DNA of 62,891 nucleotides, the filler included, from Folioceros fuciformis (lineage: Eukaryota): NCBI GenBank assembly GCA_049999805.1. It is 10 parts of 10 records of this genome, joined end to end, with 100 filler letters (N's around TTAATTAATTAA, not from the genome) between each part and the next. Parts side by side here need not be neighbours in the genome. Positions count along the whole stretch, not along the records: positions 13,669 to 20,732 come from JBNGIO010000887.1; positions 20,833 to 29,535 come from JBNGIO010000888.1; 8 more parts are not named here. One strand, given 5' to 3'. Position 1 is the first letter of the stretch. Each line of letters begins with the position of its first letter. The position numbers were made by a program, and so were the translations under genes. Below, piece after piece: positions 13,934 to 26,715 of the stretch. The notes under the pieces were generated by a model. It searched no databases, was not told the origin of the DNA, and saw only the letters and a list, made by a program, of their open reading frames with translations.

Positions 13934-16577
13934 ATGAGGAAAGGTCAGGATCTGATAAATGCTGTCCTGCCGGATGAGGTCTTGATTGAGATCTTTAGGC
14001 GTTTGGATGAGCAGGGTGGCAGGGATGCACAGCAGACCAGTAACCGGGATTCGTGTGCTCTGGTGTGCAAGAGATGGCAACGCCTGGAGGGTGCAAGCAG
14101 GCATGCAGTCCGCATTAGTGCTTCGGGCCACCCGGATGCGTGTGTGAGGCACCTTGTGCACAGATTCACGCAGCTGCTGGACGTCTGCATCGATGAGAGG
14201 TTGCCGGGGTCCTTCAGCCATCGGTCTCGAGTGCCGAACCATATGCGGCACTTGCTTATGCCCAGATTCCCCCTCCCAGCTGTGAGTGCATCTACTTCGT
14301 CAGGCAGTGATCGGGAAACCTGTGCTGAGGGCTGTGTAAATATTGGGGTCAAGTGTGGGCGGAATTGGCTTCAGCTGGGTCACAGATTTGTTGGGCACGG
14401 TCGGGGCCTGATGTGTGGACTTCTGGATGCAGAGGACATCCCAGGCAGTGGAGGCAACTTTGTCCTCTGCAAAACGGAGGCAAAAGGCGTCAGTTGCACG
14501 AGCACGAACGGAAGCTGCTAGTTTGCCCATGCATGCGTCCTTAGAGACATGGCACAATCTCACAGATACCGGCCTCTGTATGCTCGGGGAAGGGTGCCAG
14601 AGGCTGGAAAGGCTGTGCCTCATCTGGTGTTCAGCACTCACAAGCATTGGTCTCGTCTCTGTTGCCTTGAGCTGCAGGGGCCTGAGAATCCTAGACTTGC
14701 AGGTAAGAATGATCTATTGGCCCTCACGAGCCCGGACATGTCGGAAGGTCTGCTACTGTTTCTCATCCCGAACACGATTCTGCAGGGGTGCTATCTCGGG
14801 GATCAAGGACTTCTGGCAATAGGGGAATTCTGTAAACAGCTTGAAGAACTTAGCTTACGAATCTGTGAAGCTGTGACCGACGAGGGTGTGGTGGCTGTAG
14901 CTTTCGGCTGCTGCAAGACCTTGAAGGTCATCAGCATTGCAGACTGTGCCAGGGTGACAGATGTGGCTATGGAAGCTATTGGTGCTCGCTGTTCTGTCCT
15001 CGAAAAGTTGTCTCTGGATTCGGAGGTCATAAAGACACAAGGGGTTTCAGCTGTTGCCAAGGGATGCACAAGATTGAAATCCCTGCATTTGCAATCTGTG
15101 AATGTAACGGATGAAGCTCTTGAAGCTGTTGGCAGGAACTGCATGATGTTGGAAACTCTTTCCCTGTTCAGCTTCAGGAAGTTTTCCGACAAGTGAGTTC
15201 CGTTGTATTTCCAAGAGGATGAGGCATTCTTGGTATGGATACCAATGATAACTTCCCCGGTTGTGCATCGCCGGATTGCTAAAATGACAAAGTTGTCTCC
15301 TGTCTTTTAAAATATTGCAGGAGCCTGCTCTCTATCGGAAATGGCTGCAAGGGATTGAGGGTACTTACACTGAGCGATTGCTACTTCTTGAGTGATAAAA
15401 GTCTGGCGGCAATAGCAAGGGGTTGCACCGGGTTAACACTCCTGGAAGTCAATGCCTGTCACAACATTGGAACTCAAGGCTTGGAAGCAATCGGCAGATC
15501 CTGCAGGTGGAACTCTCTTCTTTCCTAGAGTTACGATTGGTCGGCTGCCATTCCCATTGGTTTACTAAATGGAATTCGATCCTTGGCGCGCAGAGGCCTC
15601 TTGGAGCTTGTGCTGAAGTATTGCCAGAAAATAGGAGATGATGGCCTGATAGAGATTGGGAAAGGGTGCTCACAGCTGCGGGGGCTGCATCTGGTTGACT
15701 GCTCTGGCATTGGCGATGCCGCCATCCGTAACGTAGCCATGGGTTGTAAGAACCTGAAGAATCTACACATCCGCCGGTGCTATCAGGTGTCCTCATTCTG
15801 TTCCTTCCCAAGTGAGCAGCAGGTTGGGCGTCATGCGACTTCTTTCTATTGCTGAACAACAGCACATTGCTTGCAGGTTGGAGACAAGGGTATGGTGGCA
15901 GTGGGTGAACATTGCAAGAAGCTTACAGACCTAAGTCTTCGTTTTTGCGACAGGTAATTTTGACTGCCCCTGCTCTCTGGCATGGATGACGCCTCTAATG
16001 GGGGCTTCTCACAACCTTGTTGGGACATCTTCAGGATCGGTGATGATGCACTCATAGGCATCGGGAAAGGATGCCACTTGCTGAAGCACTTGAACGTCAG
16101 TGGCTGCTACAAAGTTGGCGATGCTGGAATTATTGGCATCGCCGAGGGCTGTCCACTCCTTACCCATCTGGACATCGCGGTCTGCCAGGTACATCCGTTC
16201 GTCTCCTTCGCTCGCTTGCTATTTGCCGCCAAGCATCGGGCATTTGACTCGTCCTTACTTGCTGCTTTCTCCTTCTCCAGCATGTGGGCGACTACGGCCT
16301 GGCCGCTGTGGGCAACGGGTGTCCGCAGTTGAAAGAGATAGTGCTGTCGCATTGCCGCAAAATCACGGACGCTGGGTTGCGATTTCTCGTCAAGCATTGC
16401 GAAATGCTCGAGTCATGTCAGATGGTATACTGCCCTGCTGTGTCGTCCGACGGGGTTGCAACCGTTGTAGCCGGATGCATTCATATAAAGCAGGTTTTAG
16501 TGGAGGGATGGAAGGTGACAGCAAGGACAAGAAGGAGGGCAGCCTCAGTTTTGACAGAGCTCGGCATGGACTTGTAG
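13934..16577 (+). CDS. FBL4: F-box/LRR-repeat protein 4-like (multi-exon)
   Basis: F-box DLINAVLPDEVLIEIF..RDSCALVCKRW, many Cys-containing LRRs (CxxLxxLxLxxCxxVxD), C-terminus KVTARTRRRAASVLTELGMDL. Confidence 0.9.
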
Positions 16578-17085
16578 CGTGTGTCCTTTCGGGAGTGATG
16601 CAGAAGGGTCATGAGATATGTCAGGAGCAAAACTGGCATGGTTCTTCATCCTGTTGGCCACCACACATACCCGCACGTACTGCAGTTTGTATCTCAAAAC
16701 TTCTCAGCGCCGAATCTTCTCACGCATTGGCCATCTCATCAAATCACCCCGAGGCAACAGAGAAGGGCCAAGACACCGTCGCCGCCCAATTGCACCTTTG
16801 CACCTGTCGTCAGACAAACACAGAATGTGGGCCCCTGCAAGCACCCGGTGTAGCGGACGGCTGCCCTGTACACACAGATTAGGATTGTTGGTTGGCGTCC
16901 TATGCATCTGTATGGCACATGTGAAACGCATATCATAGACAACATAATATGTAGTATGAATCGTAATCTACAATGGACGCTGCGATATAATACAATATAA
17001 AAAGCTACAGCATCCATCCCAACCCATCCCATTCAGCCTCGCATCCTTACTGCATTGCTTCCATCCTTCCTGCCCTGTTTCAAGT

Positions 17086-18687
17086 TCACAGTGACTGGTG
17101 GCAAGACAGCAGCTGCTCGTTGCTGTGGTTCATCTGGGGAGGCAGGAACACTCGCACTTCCCTTTCCTCTGAATACACCTTGTGTTTTGGGACCATGATC
17201 TCCAGCCCTGCACATGCTGGAACATAGAAAGCTTTGAGGTCGGCATTCTCGGGGATCCTCGTGGACAGCACTATCTCCCGAACAAACTCCCCTGGTGGAC
17301 AGTGCTCGGGACTGGGATCTGTGAGCTTAAACGTCCTCTCTCCTCGACTGAGAAAAGGAGCCCTGGCTGTACTCACACAATGCAGCTTCACAACACCATT
17401 GGTAGCCGTATTCATCCAGGATACTCGAAGCCGGTTCATATCCACGAAGGGCAAGCTGACCATGATGAAGTAGCCCTTGTCGTCCTCGTACACGCTCTTG
17501 GCTGCTGTAACAGGCCCGGAAGCATGGCTCATGACCCCGTTGAAGTTGGGGAGCCACCAGGGAGGAGCAGAAGTCTGCTCCGTGTCCTCGCCACCCGAGT
17601 ACGACAGGCTGGAGGGATCCAGATCAGGCCCGTTGCTAACAACAACTCCTTTCTTCCTCTTCTTACCGCCGCCGGAGAAATCATCGTTGCTGTTGTGATT
17701 GTTGTTAATGTGTTGGTGGTTGCTGCAGTTGTTGCTGGCCAGCACCTTGGTCAGGTTCAGCGTGTCCATCTGCACCTTGCTGTTCCTGGTGGGAGGAGGC
17801 GGAGTCTTCCTGTTGGGAATGCCGTTGGTAGCCACCGCCTTGTTCACGCCGGAGGAGCGGCCGTCGTAGTCCATTACCTCGCTGTTGTTATTCATGTTGC
17901 GCCACTCAGAGAAGGCCTCGGCATCCGGGGGTATGACGAAGTTGAGGTCCCGACCTGTGAGCTCCATCCATCGCTTCCGATCCTCGTCCGAAACGGCTTC
18001 CAGGCAGGGATCCCGAACAACCTCCACTCCGTGCACGCACTGCGGATTGGACAAGCCCCGGTAATGCTTCCGCTGCATGCGGTGGGAGCGGGAGAAGCCC
18101 TTGTCGACGCTGAAAGGGAACTGTGGCTCCCCGAACCTGGCGTGCCCATTCATGTAGCTCCGCAGCTGCATCTTCCCCAGCGCGTTCTCGGGCCGCTCCT
18201 TGAAAGTCCACATGTACATGTTCTCCATGTCGTGCTGCACCAGGAACTGGTCGAGTCGCAGGTCGGACTTCTCCACCGTCACCTTGCCCTGACACTTGTC
18301 CGTGAGCGCGGGCCGGAAGTAGTGGTTGAAGAAGAACCAAGCCCCCCAGATGGTGTCTCCCCTGCGGTTCCAGCGACGGCCCTTGGACGGAGTGATGCTC
18401 CCAGGGGAGTCATGGCAGTTGCTAGGCGCCAGAGACACCTCCAGCGAGTGCTGCACTTCCGGGACGGGCACCGAGAGCTTGGCCGCCCCCGTTCCCCACT
18501 GCCCCGTCCCGTTGCTCATGATCTCCACGGTGAGCGGTAAGTTGATGTCGGGCGGGCGCCCCTGCACCATGGCCTGCCCCTGCACCTCGCACTCCTCCTC
18601 CTCCCCGTGGTGAACGTTGCTCGTCTCCATGGTCAGTATCGTGGACGGCCGTTCCATGGACAAGGACGTGAGCAGCGACTCCGTCAT
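17086..18687 (-). CDS. SLT1: SLT1/At5g02480-family HSP20-like chaperone protein (intronless, 533 aa)
   Basis: MTESLLTSLSME, RPPDINLPL, WGAWFFF, FLVQHDMENMYMWTFKERPENALGKMQLRSYMNGH, GPVTAAKSVYEDD, PEHCPPGEF. Confidence 0.9.
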   Translation of the reverse strand: MTESLLTSLSMERPSTILTMETSNVHHGEEEECEVQGQAMVQGRPPDINLPLTVEIMSNGTGQWGTGAAKLSVPVPEVQHSLEVSLAPSNCHDSPGSITPSKGRRWNRRGDTIWGAWFFFNHYFRPALTDKCQGKVTVEKSDLRLDQFLVQHDMENMYMWTFKERPENALGKMQLRSYMNGHARFGEPQFPFSVDKGFSRSHRMQRKHYRGLSNPQCVHGVEVVRDPCLEAVSDEDRKRWMELTGRDLNFVIPPDAEAFSEWRNMNNNSEVMDYDGRSSGVNKAVATNGIPNRKTPPPPTRNSKVQMDTLNLTKVLASNNCSNHQHINNNHNSNDDFSGGGKKRKKGVVVSNGPDLDPSSLSYSGGEDTEQTSAPPWWLPNFNGVMSHASGPVTAAKSVYEDDKGYFIMVSLPFVDMNRLRVSWMNTATNGVVKLHCVSTARAPFLSRGERTFKLTDPSPEHCPPGEFVREIVLSTRIPENADLKAFYVPACAGLEIMVPKHKVYSEEREVRVFLPPQMNHSNEQLLSCHQSL

Positions 18688-18824
18688 CCCCTTCCTCCCT
18701 ATCTCCCTCCCTTCCTCCTTCCTCTTTCCCTTGCTCCCTTCCTTTCCTACCTGCTCTACCCTCTCGCCTTCGTTCCCTCCTCCTTCCGCCTCACTCCCTT
18801 TGCCTGGCTTGCCTCCCTTGGCCC

Positions 18825-18950
18825 TCAGCAGCAGCAGGCGCGGAGCAGAGCCACCGGAACAAGCTCCCGCTCCCGCAGGCTGAAACCCTTATAGTACGAC
18901 AAGATGAGGTTAAGAGAAGCGCAGATGCCCGCCGACACAGCGGCGTCCAT
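18825..18950 (-). promoter_or_regulatory. Upstream ORF (41 aa) in the putative SLT1 5' leader
   Basis: ATG at 18950 gives MDAAVSAGICASLNLILSYYKGFSLRERELVPVALLRACCC*, ending about 137 nt before the main ATG. Confidence 0.5.
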
Positions 18951-20199
18951 ATCCGGCGCTGGCAGCCCTTGTTCAAATGTAGGAGGAGATAGGGATGCAA
19001 GGACGGGGCTCCACTCGCAGCTCACGACTCGGGAAGCAGTCCCACCAGCAGCTGTGGTGCGGCGCGCTTGTCCTGTGTCTGCTGCTGCCCGCTGTCGCAA
19101 AAGCAGGCATGGCGGAAGACGGCGCACCCTCCTCTGGCTCCCCCCGCCACCATTGCGTCCGCTGCATGAAAGCTCCCTCCTATGTCCTTCCTCCTACAAG
19201 CCTTCCCCTGCCTCCCGGCCCCTAGCTCTAAATCCAGCTGTCCCAAACCTCCATCTTCCTCCTCCTGCTCACCGTGAAGCAAAGCGCAAGGCAGGAGCCT
19301 TCCCTTTTCCCTTCTTTCCCTTCCCTTCCCTTTCCTTCCGGCCCCGTTACAACCCGCCCTGCACACACACACACACACCACACGCCTGGGCAGCTTCACG
19401 CAGGCAACAAAAGCGCCGATCGATGGCGCAAGCAACTGGAAGCACGCTCGGCGGGCTGGCACGCCGACAAGCTGACGAGGGCGCGGACACAGATCTGCAG
19501 GTGCGCGTCGTGTCTCCGGCCGGAAGCGCGGTCAGGACGGTGCAGGGCAGGCAGCAAAGGGCAGGGCAGGGCAAGGACAGGTGATGTGAAGGGCAAGGGC
19601 AAGCAAGGGCAAACGCAAACGCAAAGCAAAGGAAACTGAAGAGAAATGAAGCGAAAGGAGAACGAGCACAAGCTGCAGGCCCGACCCCCACCTTATCTCT
19701 GGCCCTCTCGTCCTCCTCGAACCCTGTCCCCGTTGCACGCCCAAACGTATCGTTTGTTTTAATAAGCATAAAGTCTTTATTGAGATGGGAGGGCCTACCA
19801 TACAAGGGAGGGCCCAAGTTTTTTTCGCGCGAGAAAGAGATCGTCTATCTAAGATACTGCACTAGGCCGTAATCCAGTCATTTCCGTAGAGACCTTTGGA
19901 TTCGATCTGTACTCGAATTATTTTAGTTAAAAATATAGCCAGATACTTCCAAAGTAGACTGTTGGATATTTTTACAAGCACCGTCCCAACATGTATTTCA
20001 GTGATTCCACTCTATTGTGCTTGACCATAGAGTTCCTTATGAGACCTGGCAAGGAAGTAGAAAATTTTCTAGTACAATAGAAAAAGAAAATTCTAAGGTT
20101 AGGCAAAATACGTGAAAAACAAAATTGAGCATCATATGTATAAAATCACCCACACTTAGGGAAGGTGGATGGCCTACGGATTACTAAAGTAAGTTGAGC

Positions 20200-20732
20200 A
20201 TGTATCTTCAACCATGACCCTTGTCCACAAGACAACTCCTCCAAGTGCCAAACAGTAAATAACTTCTAAGTCTTAAGGGCCATTTCGCATGAGTCTCAAC
20301 CCGAACCCAGCTAATTTCCTAGTGTTCGGATTCGAGTGTTCGCATGTATTCCAAAATATGAACCCGTCTAAACGCCACATGCAGGTCTCGTAGTAGGTCA
20401 ACTAGAATAGCAGGTTTTTGAGATGTGAGGCATCTTTCTTTTAATGTCCATGAAGATGTGAGAGCATCGAGCTTGGACACGTCCCTAATAGAGACAATAC
20501 TACCATTCTTGGTCCCTGTTATACCCGCGCTTATTACTATGCTTGGAGATCCAAAGTGCCTTCCAGATTTGGGTGACACTACTTGGGCTACACTCGATTT
20601 GGTGTCCTGACAACTGGAGGTCTCGAAATTTAGAGCTTAAGGCAGCAATCCTTGGACTCAATGGCTGCATAGTGCTTCTTGCCTCCTTCAATAGAATCCC
20701 TCCAAGCTTGTGGTATGGATTGTGCTACAGTT
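20200..20732 (-). mobile_element. Possible degraded LINE fragment
   Basis: Interrupted frames with IWKALW-like and Cys/His remnants, reminiscent of the LINE ORF2 C-terminus. Weak. Confidence 0.25.
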
Positions 20733-20832
20733 NNNNNNNNNNNNNNNNNNNNNNNNNNNNNNNNNNNNNNNNNNNNTTAATTAATTAANNNNNNNNNNNN
20801 NNNNNNNNNNNNNNNNNNNNNNNNNNNNNNNN

Positions 20833-23800
20833 GTGCGTAGGAGGGCAATACGACGCGGAGTGGACCAGCCTGCCCGATGATGCGCTCATTCAATTATTCG
20901 GTCTACTAAATTACAGAGACAGGTCCAGTTTGGCATCGGTGTGCCGGGCATGGAGGCGGTTGGCGTCGTCCCCGTGTCTGTGGACGTCGCTGGATCTCCG
21001 TGCGCATTCGCTGGATATGGCTATGGCGTCGGCTCTTTCTGGGAGATGCTCAAAGTTGGAGCGGCTGAGGTTCCGGGGGGGCGCTGCAACTGGGGTCATC
21101 GTCTCGCTGCAGGCCAGAGAGTTACGGGAACTGTGCGGGGACGCCTGCAGGGACCTCTCGGATGCCCACCTCTCGTGGCTGGCTGCCAAGCACGACGCTC
21201 TGGAAAGCCTGCAGCTTGGCCCCGATTGCGATAGAATCACCAGCGACGCGATCAAGGTGGTGGCCCTGTGCTGCCCCAAGTTGAAGCGGCTGCGCCTGTC
21301 TGGTGTCAGGGAGGTTGACGCCGAGGCCATTGGGGCGCTGGTGAAGGGGTGCCCGGACCTTAGCGAATTGGGTCTCCTTGATTGCAGCTCAGTCCATGAG
21401 GGTGCCCTGGGCACGGCCACCAGTCTGCGGTTGTTGTCCGTGGCGGGATCCAGGAGCATCTCATGGGCCAGTGCAGCACAGCTCTGGGCGAAGCAGCTGC
21501 CTAATCTAGTGGCTGTGGATGTATCGCGGACGGAGATTACTCCTTCGGCTGCGTCCGCGTTGCTGGCTGCGCCGCAATTGAAGGTCCTCTGCGCTCTTAA
21601 CTGTCCCCTGCTTGAGGACGGTAGTGACAACGTGTCCTATAATTCTCACACTAAGATCCTGCTGGCCCGGTTTACGGATCTTGTCAAGGGCCTGGCCTCT
21701 CTCTCCTTTGAGTCGTTATCTCAGGCATCGGGCAGGACTGTGTGCGGTGTAAAGAGGAAAAACCCTTTTCTGGATTGGAGAAAGTCGAAAAGCATGACCT
21801 TGCAGGACCAGAGGAATCTAGAGCTGAGCGAGTGGATTGAGTGGGTGTTGTCACATGCTCTACTGCGGATAGCAGAAAGCAATCTCCCAGGACTGGACAG
21901 CTTTTGGCTTAAACAAGGCACTGCTGTGATGCTTAGTCTTGTGAAAAGCTCTCAGGAGGAAGTGCAGGAAAGGGGTGCAACTGCACTTGCCACGTTTGTT
22001 GTTATTGATGATGAAAATGCAACAGTTGACCCGAACAGAGCTGAAGCCGTGATGAATGGCGGTGGCATCGCTTATCTTCTTAATCTCGCCAAGTCCAGTC
22101 GTGAGGGTGTGCAGTCAGAAGCAGCCAAGGTATTGCAGTTCTTTCTGTTGGTTCACGGCACACAGCTCCCTAGAGCATTGTATGTCCCGGAACATTGTAT
22201 GCCTTGGATGTTCCACTCTCCTCTCATACGGTTTCGCCTTGCAGGCGCTAGCAAACCTGTCGGTAAACACAGAAGTGGCGAAGACAGTTGCAATGGAAGG
22301 GGGCATCAGTATATTAGCAGCCTTAGCCAGGTCACCCAATCGCTGGGTGGCTGAGGAGGCTGCGGGTGGTCTTTGGAATCTTTCTGTTGGTGATGAACAT
22401 AAGGTAATTTGTTAAGGGATCTGGATACCTTTGGAAAGGAGCTCGGTAGATGCTCTTATGTTGTCGCCTAACCAAGTCTCATGCATGCGCGTATGAAAAT
22501 CAGGGTGCCATAGCTGAAGCTGGTGCTATCGAGGCTTTGGTGGACTTAGCGTTCAAGTGGCCATCAGGCGGGGAGGGAGTATTGGTAGTTTTTCTTTCCC
22601 CTATTCTTCTCAAGGGTGGAGTTGGAAGTTCGTTCGAGTGGGAACTAAATAGTAGCTCTTGTCTCAGGAACGTGCTGCTGGAGCTTTGGCGAACCTTGCT
22701 GCAGATGACAAATGCAGCATGGAAGTAGCTATGGCTGGTGGTGTTCATGCACTCGTAATGCTTGCTCGCTTCTGCAAGAATGAGGGTGTCCAAGAACAGG
22801 TATATTCATTGTGCCAATACAAGCTGCAATTTGCCTCAAATTTCTTTCACACACTTGGGCTGACAGGTGTTTTTACTAAACACAGGCAGCTCGCGCACTA
22901 GCCAATCTAGCAGCACATGGCGACAGTAATGGAAATAACGCTGCAGTAGGTCGGGAGGATGGTGCTCTTGATGCACTCGTGCAGCTTACCTGCTCACGTC
23001 ATGAAGGTGTCCGGTAAGTGGCTGTAACGAGATGGGAATGATTGGCGATCGCTTCAGTTGATCTTGTTCAATTGCACACTGATTCTCTCTTGTGCCCTTT
23101 TTATGTGGATTACAGGCAGGAAGCTGCAGGAGCTCTGTGGAATCTTTCTTTTGATGACAGAAACCGTGAGGCAATTGCTGCTGCTGGGGGAGTGGAAGCA
23201 TTGGTAATGTCCATACGAAGTGCCAGTGGTTGGTGTGGTCAAAGTGAAGTCTTTGGCTCAGACGATGCCGCTGTGCAGTGGAACCTTAGCGTTAAAGATG
23301 AACTAAAATGTGAAGGCTGTCACGGTTGGTACAGGTGGCTTTGGCTCAAAACTGCAGTAATGGCTCTCAGGGATTGCAAGAGAGGGCAGCAGGAGCTCTT
23401 TGGGGTCTTTCGGTATCTGAAGCCAACAGGTGAGATTGAATCATATTGTTTTAGCTTGCATCATGCTGGGCCCTCTCTCAAGCCGTTGTAGGTTCCTGAA
23501 AGCTTTCATACATGTTGACGAGGACATGCCTGCATCTGGTGAAACAATGAATTTTCTGGGTTTCCAGCATTGCAATCGGACGGGAAGGTGGCGTGGCACC
23601 TCTTATTGCCCTGGCACGGTCAGATTCTGAGGTACGATCTCACGTTGCACCATGAGGGCAACAAGTCTGTTGCAAAGGTTACCTGACTTATCTCGTGACT
23701 GTACCCACACTAGAAATGACGGGATTAAGGATTGGACTTTGACGCCGATTTTGATCTTCCTCTCTTCCAGGACGTTCATGAAACCGCGGCCGGTGCGTTG

Positions 23801-24814
23801 TGGAATTTGGCTTTCAACGCAGGGAATGCTTTGCGCATGGTCGAGGAAGATGGTGTACCTGCATTAGTCCACCTGTGCTCCAATTCTGGGTCAAAAATGG
23901 CACGGTTTATGGCGGCCCTTGCCCTGGCTTACATGTTTGATGGAAGGTATGTTGTCTTTCGCGTTTTTTTAAGTCAATTCTTCGAGGAGGACAGCCTCTT
24001 TAGGACGTGGCAATCGTTTCCAACAATTGCCACGTGTTTCAGATCTGAAAACGTAGGAAATATCACATGCGTTTGGAGGGTGTTAATGTCTGATTTGGTT
24101 TTAGCAGAATGGATGAAGTAGTCTCCGCTGGTGCCCATTGCGAAGCGTTCACTCGAAATGGAGGTCTTGAAGCAGCAAGGAAAATGGCTCTCAAGCACAT
24201 TGAAATTTTCGTCCAGGCATTTTCCGACACGGCTTCTCTTACCTTGGCTGCGTCATCTTGGACACCTGCGCTCCTTCACCAGGTGGCGGACTCGGCACGC
24301 ATAACAGAGGCCGGTCATCTGCGGTGCAGGTATTCATCGAGTTGGTTGCTGCGGTGCTCGTGTGTTTTTAGAATTGTACAGGGAACTGTGCTAATAGCTG
24401 GCCTTGGTACATACAGCGGAGCTGAGGTTGGGAGGTTTGTCACTATGCTTCGGAACTGCTCACCTGTTCTCCGGGCCTGTGCCGCATTCGCTCTTCTTCA
24501 GGTATTGGCTTCCAACTTCGTGGTGGATAGGCTTACGTTACCAGTTTTATGCACCATTTTGTCTTCTGGGTGCAAAGACCTTAAGGAAGTTATGTGACGT
24601 CGAACTGAGTTTTTGATCGTTTGTGCTGTAGTTCACAATGCCGGGAGGGCGTCATGCAATGCACCATGCGAGCCTTCTACACAAGGCTGGGGCAGCGCGG
24701 GTTTTGCGGTCTGCTGCCGCAGCCGCAAGTGCCCAAGTGCAGGCTAAAGTTTTTGCGAAGATCGTTTTACGCAACTTGGACTTGTGCCCAGCGGATTCTC
24801 CTGTGATTCTTTAG
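20833..24814 (+). CDS. ARABIDILLO: ARABIDILLO-family F-box/LRR/Armadillo protein (5' end lost in gap)
   Basis: F-box WTSLPDDALIQLFGLLNYRDRSSLASVCRAW and LRRs, then ARM repeats QERGATALATFVVIDDEN, EEAAGGLWNL, ERAAGALANLAADDKCSMEVA, MARFMAALALAYMFDG, EAGHLRCSGAE, FTMPGGRHA. Stop at 24812-24814. Confidence 0.94.
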
Positions 24815-26119
24815 TCTATGTAGATTATTCTTGAGTGTGGTCCTGCCAATGATGTGACCTTCCATTTTCAGCGTACAGGTGATGCGGGACTGTAACGAAG
24901 ACCATCCCTTACTATTCAGTTCGTGGGTTGGCGCCAGGCCACGTTCCTGGCCGAAGTCCAGATCCTTAACCCTCGACAGCCTGCTGGACCGAATCCCTTC
25001 CATGATGTCGTAGTGTGACACCAAGTCTACAGTATAAGAACGCCGTTGTTGAGCTTGGTGTGCTTGGACCGGTATGTACACGGGGTGCAGAAGGGGAGTG
25101 AATGCTCTTGGTCCGAGTAGTTAGCTTAGGCACGCCATGGGACCATCGTATCCATGACACAAGCTCCTTTGTGTGGGAGGATGAGACTGGGTGATTAGGT
25201 AGTCCGCTTTTCGCCATGAATTTGTGGGAACCAAGTTTCCCGGTACCTCAGTTTGCTTTCCTCCATCTACCCAGTTGCAGGAGCTTGAGGGTTGGGTCCA
25301 TTCGGACGGCCCCGGAAATGACCACCCCTAATTTACCTAGTAGCTATGTACTTCTGCGCGCTCTCGGAAGCGGGAGAGGTTATGAGCTGAACGTTCAGTT
25401 GAAGTTCGGTAATCTTTCCTCATACTCTGCAACGTTGGGGACGAGGAAATGCGAAAGGCGATTTGTTACCACGACTAATTTGCTTAGCCCACGTCATAAA
25501 GAACTTAGTAAAAAGCCTTCAAGGTATGAGCGAGAGCCAAGCTCTCCGCCACATGCTGTACGCGGATGACGCCAGTTACTTTGGGCGGATCCAACGAAGT
25601 AACTGAGAAAATCAAAGTTGCATCAATCATGAAACTTGCATAAGGACTTGCATTCACTTTGGAAGCAACATTGACATGGACAATGAACAAACAAGAATAA
25701 CCTCCACATACGAACGTCATCATCAGAACCTTGTGAATGGGCCTCCAATTTGCCACTAACAAGTCTTATACGCTCAACTATTGGAAATATGATGTGACCC
25801 CATGTCAAACATACTATTCCAAAGTGTAGTTGCATTAAGACTAGTGTGTGATGCTCATACATAAGAAAAATGTAGGATTATTCATTGTGGTTGGGTGCAA
25901 CACCTCTTGTAGTCATTTGAAAAGGATGTTACCATTGGTGCACAAGGTGACTCTTCCATAACTAGACTATAATCTAATACTCGCCCCTCAAGCCAAGTAT
26001 GTTAAGCTAGCTTATCTTCTTGATTAGAAAGAGACTACTAACTCCTCACACAGATGAACAAGATATGTGTTTGTCATGAGGTAGGCTTGTAGCCATGATG
26101 TCTGGCCCCCATAGCTCAA

Positions 26120-26485
26120 TAAGTCGCACATCATGCACAAGCAATAATGAAGTCACACATCACCTATGCATGCACAGGCAATAATGAAGTCGCACATTAC
26201 CTATGCATGCACATGCAGTAATGAAGCCATTACCTGGTGCATAAGCAATAATGAAGTCGTACATCACCTGCTGCAAAGACACATCACGTGATGCACAAGC
26301 AATAATGAAGTTGCACATTACCTAATGCAAAAGCAATAATAAAGTTGCACATCACCTGATGCAAAGACAATAATGAAGTCACAATCACCTGATGCAAAGG
26401 CAACATTGAAGTCGTAGATCACATGATGCACAAGCAATAATAAAGTGGCACAAAGGCAATAATGAAGCTGTACATCACCTGATAC
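26120..26485. repeat. Degenerate minisatellite, about 33-38-bp unit, about 10 copies
   Basis: Recurring gcaataatgaagtc(g)cacatcacctgatgca(c/a)aa. Confidence 0.85.
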
Positions 26486-26613
26486 ACAGATGATCAATAT
26501 TGAAGGTCAATGTGCTTGGATTTGGAACTAAACTTCCGGTTGCTAGCAAGAAGTAGAGTGGATTGGTTATCTATCTTAATGACCAAGTTTTTGCTATGGT
26601 ATTAAGTTCATTA

Positions 26614-26715
26614 AGTAGCCTGATGTGGTCGACAACACGCAAGTGTATTGAGTAACCTGATGTGGTCAACAACACACAAGGTCATTGAGCAGCCTAATGT
26701 GGGTGACAATACGCT
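26614..26715. repeat. Three-copy tandem repeat, about 36-bp unit
   Basis: ag(t/c)a(g/a)cct(g/a)atgtggtc(g/a)acaacac.. repeated three times. Confidence 0.65.

Noticed and set aside
17182-18540. 452-aa + strand ORF
   Set aside because: Antisense shadow of the GC-rich SLT1 CDS.
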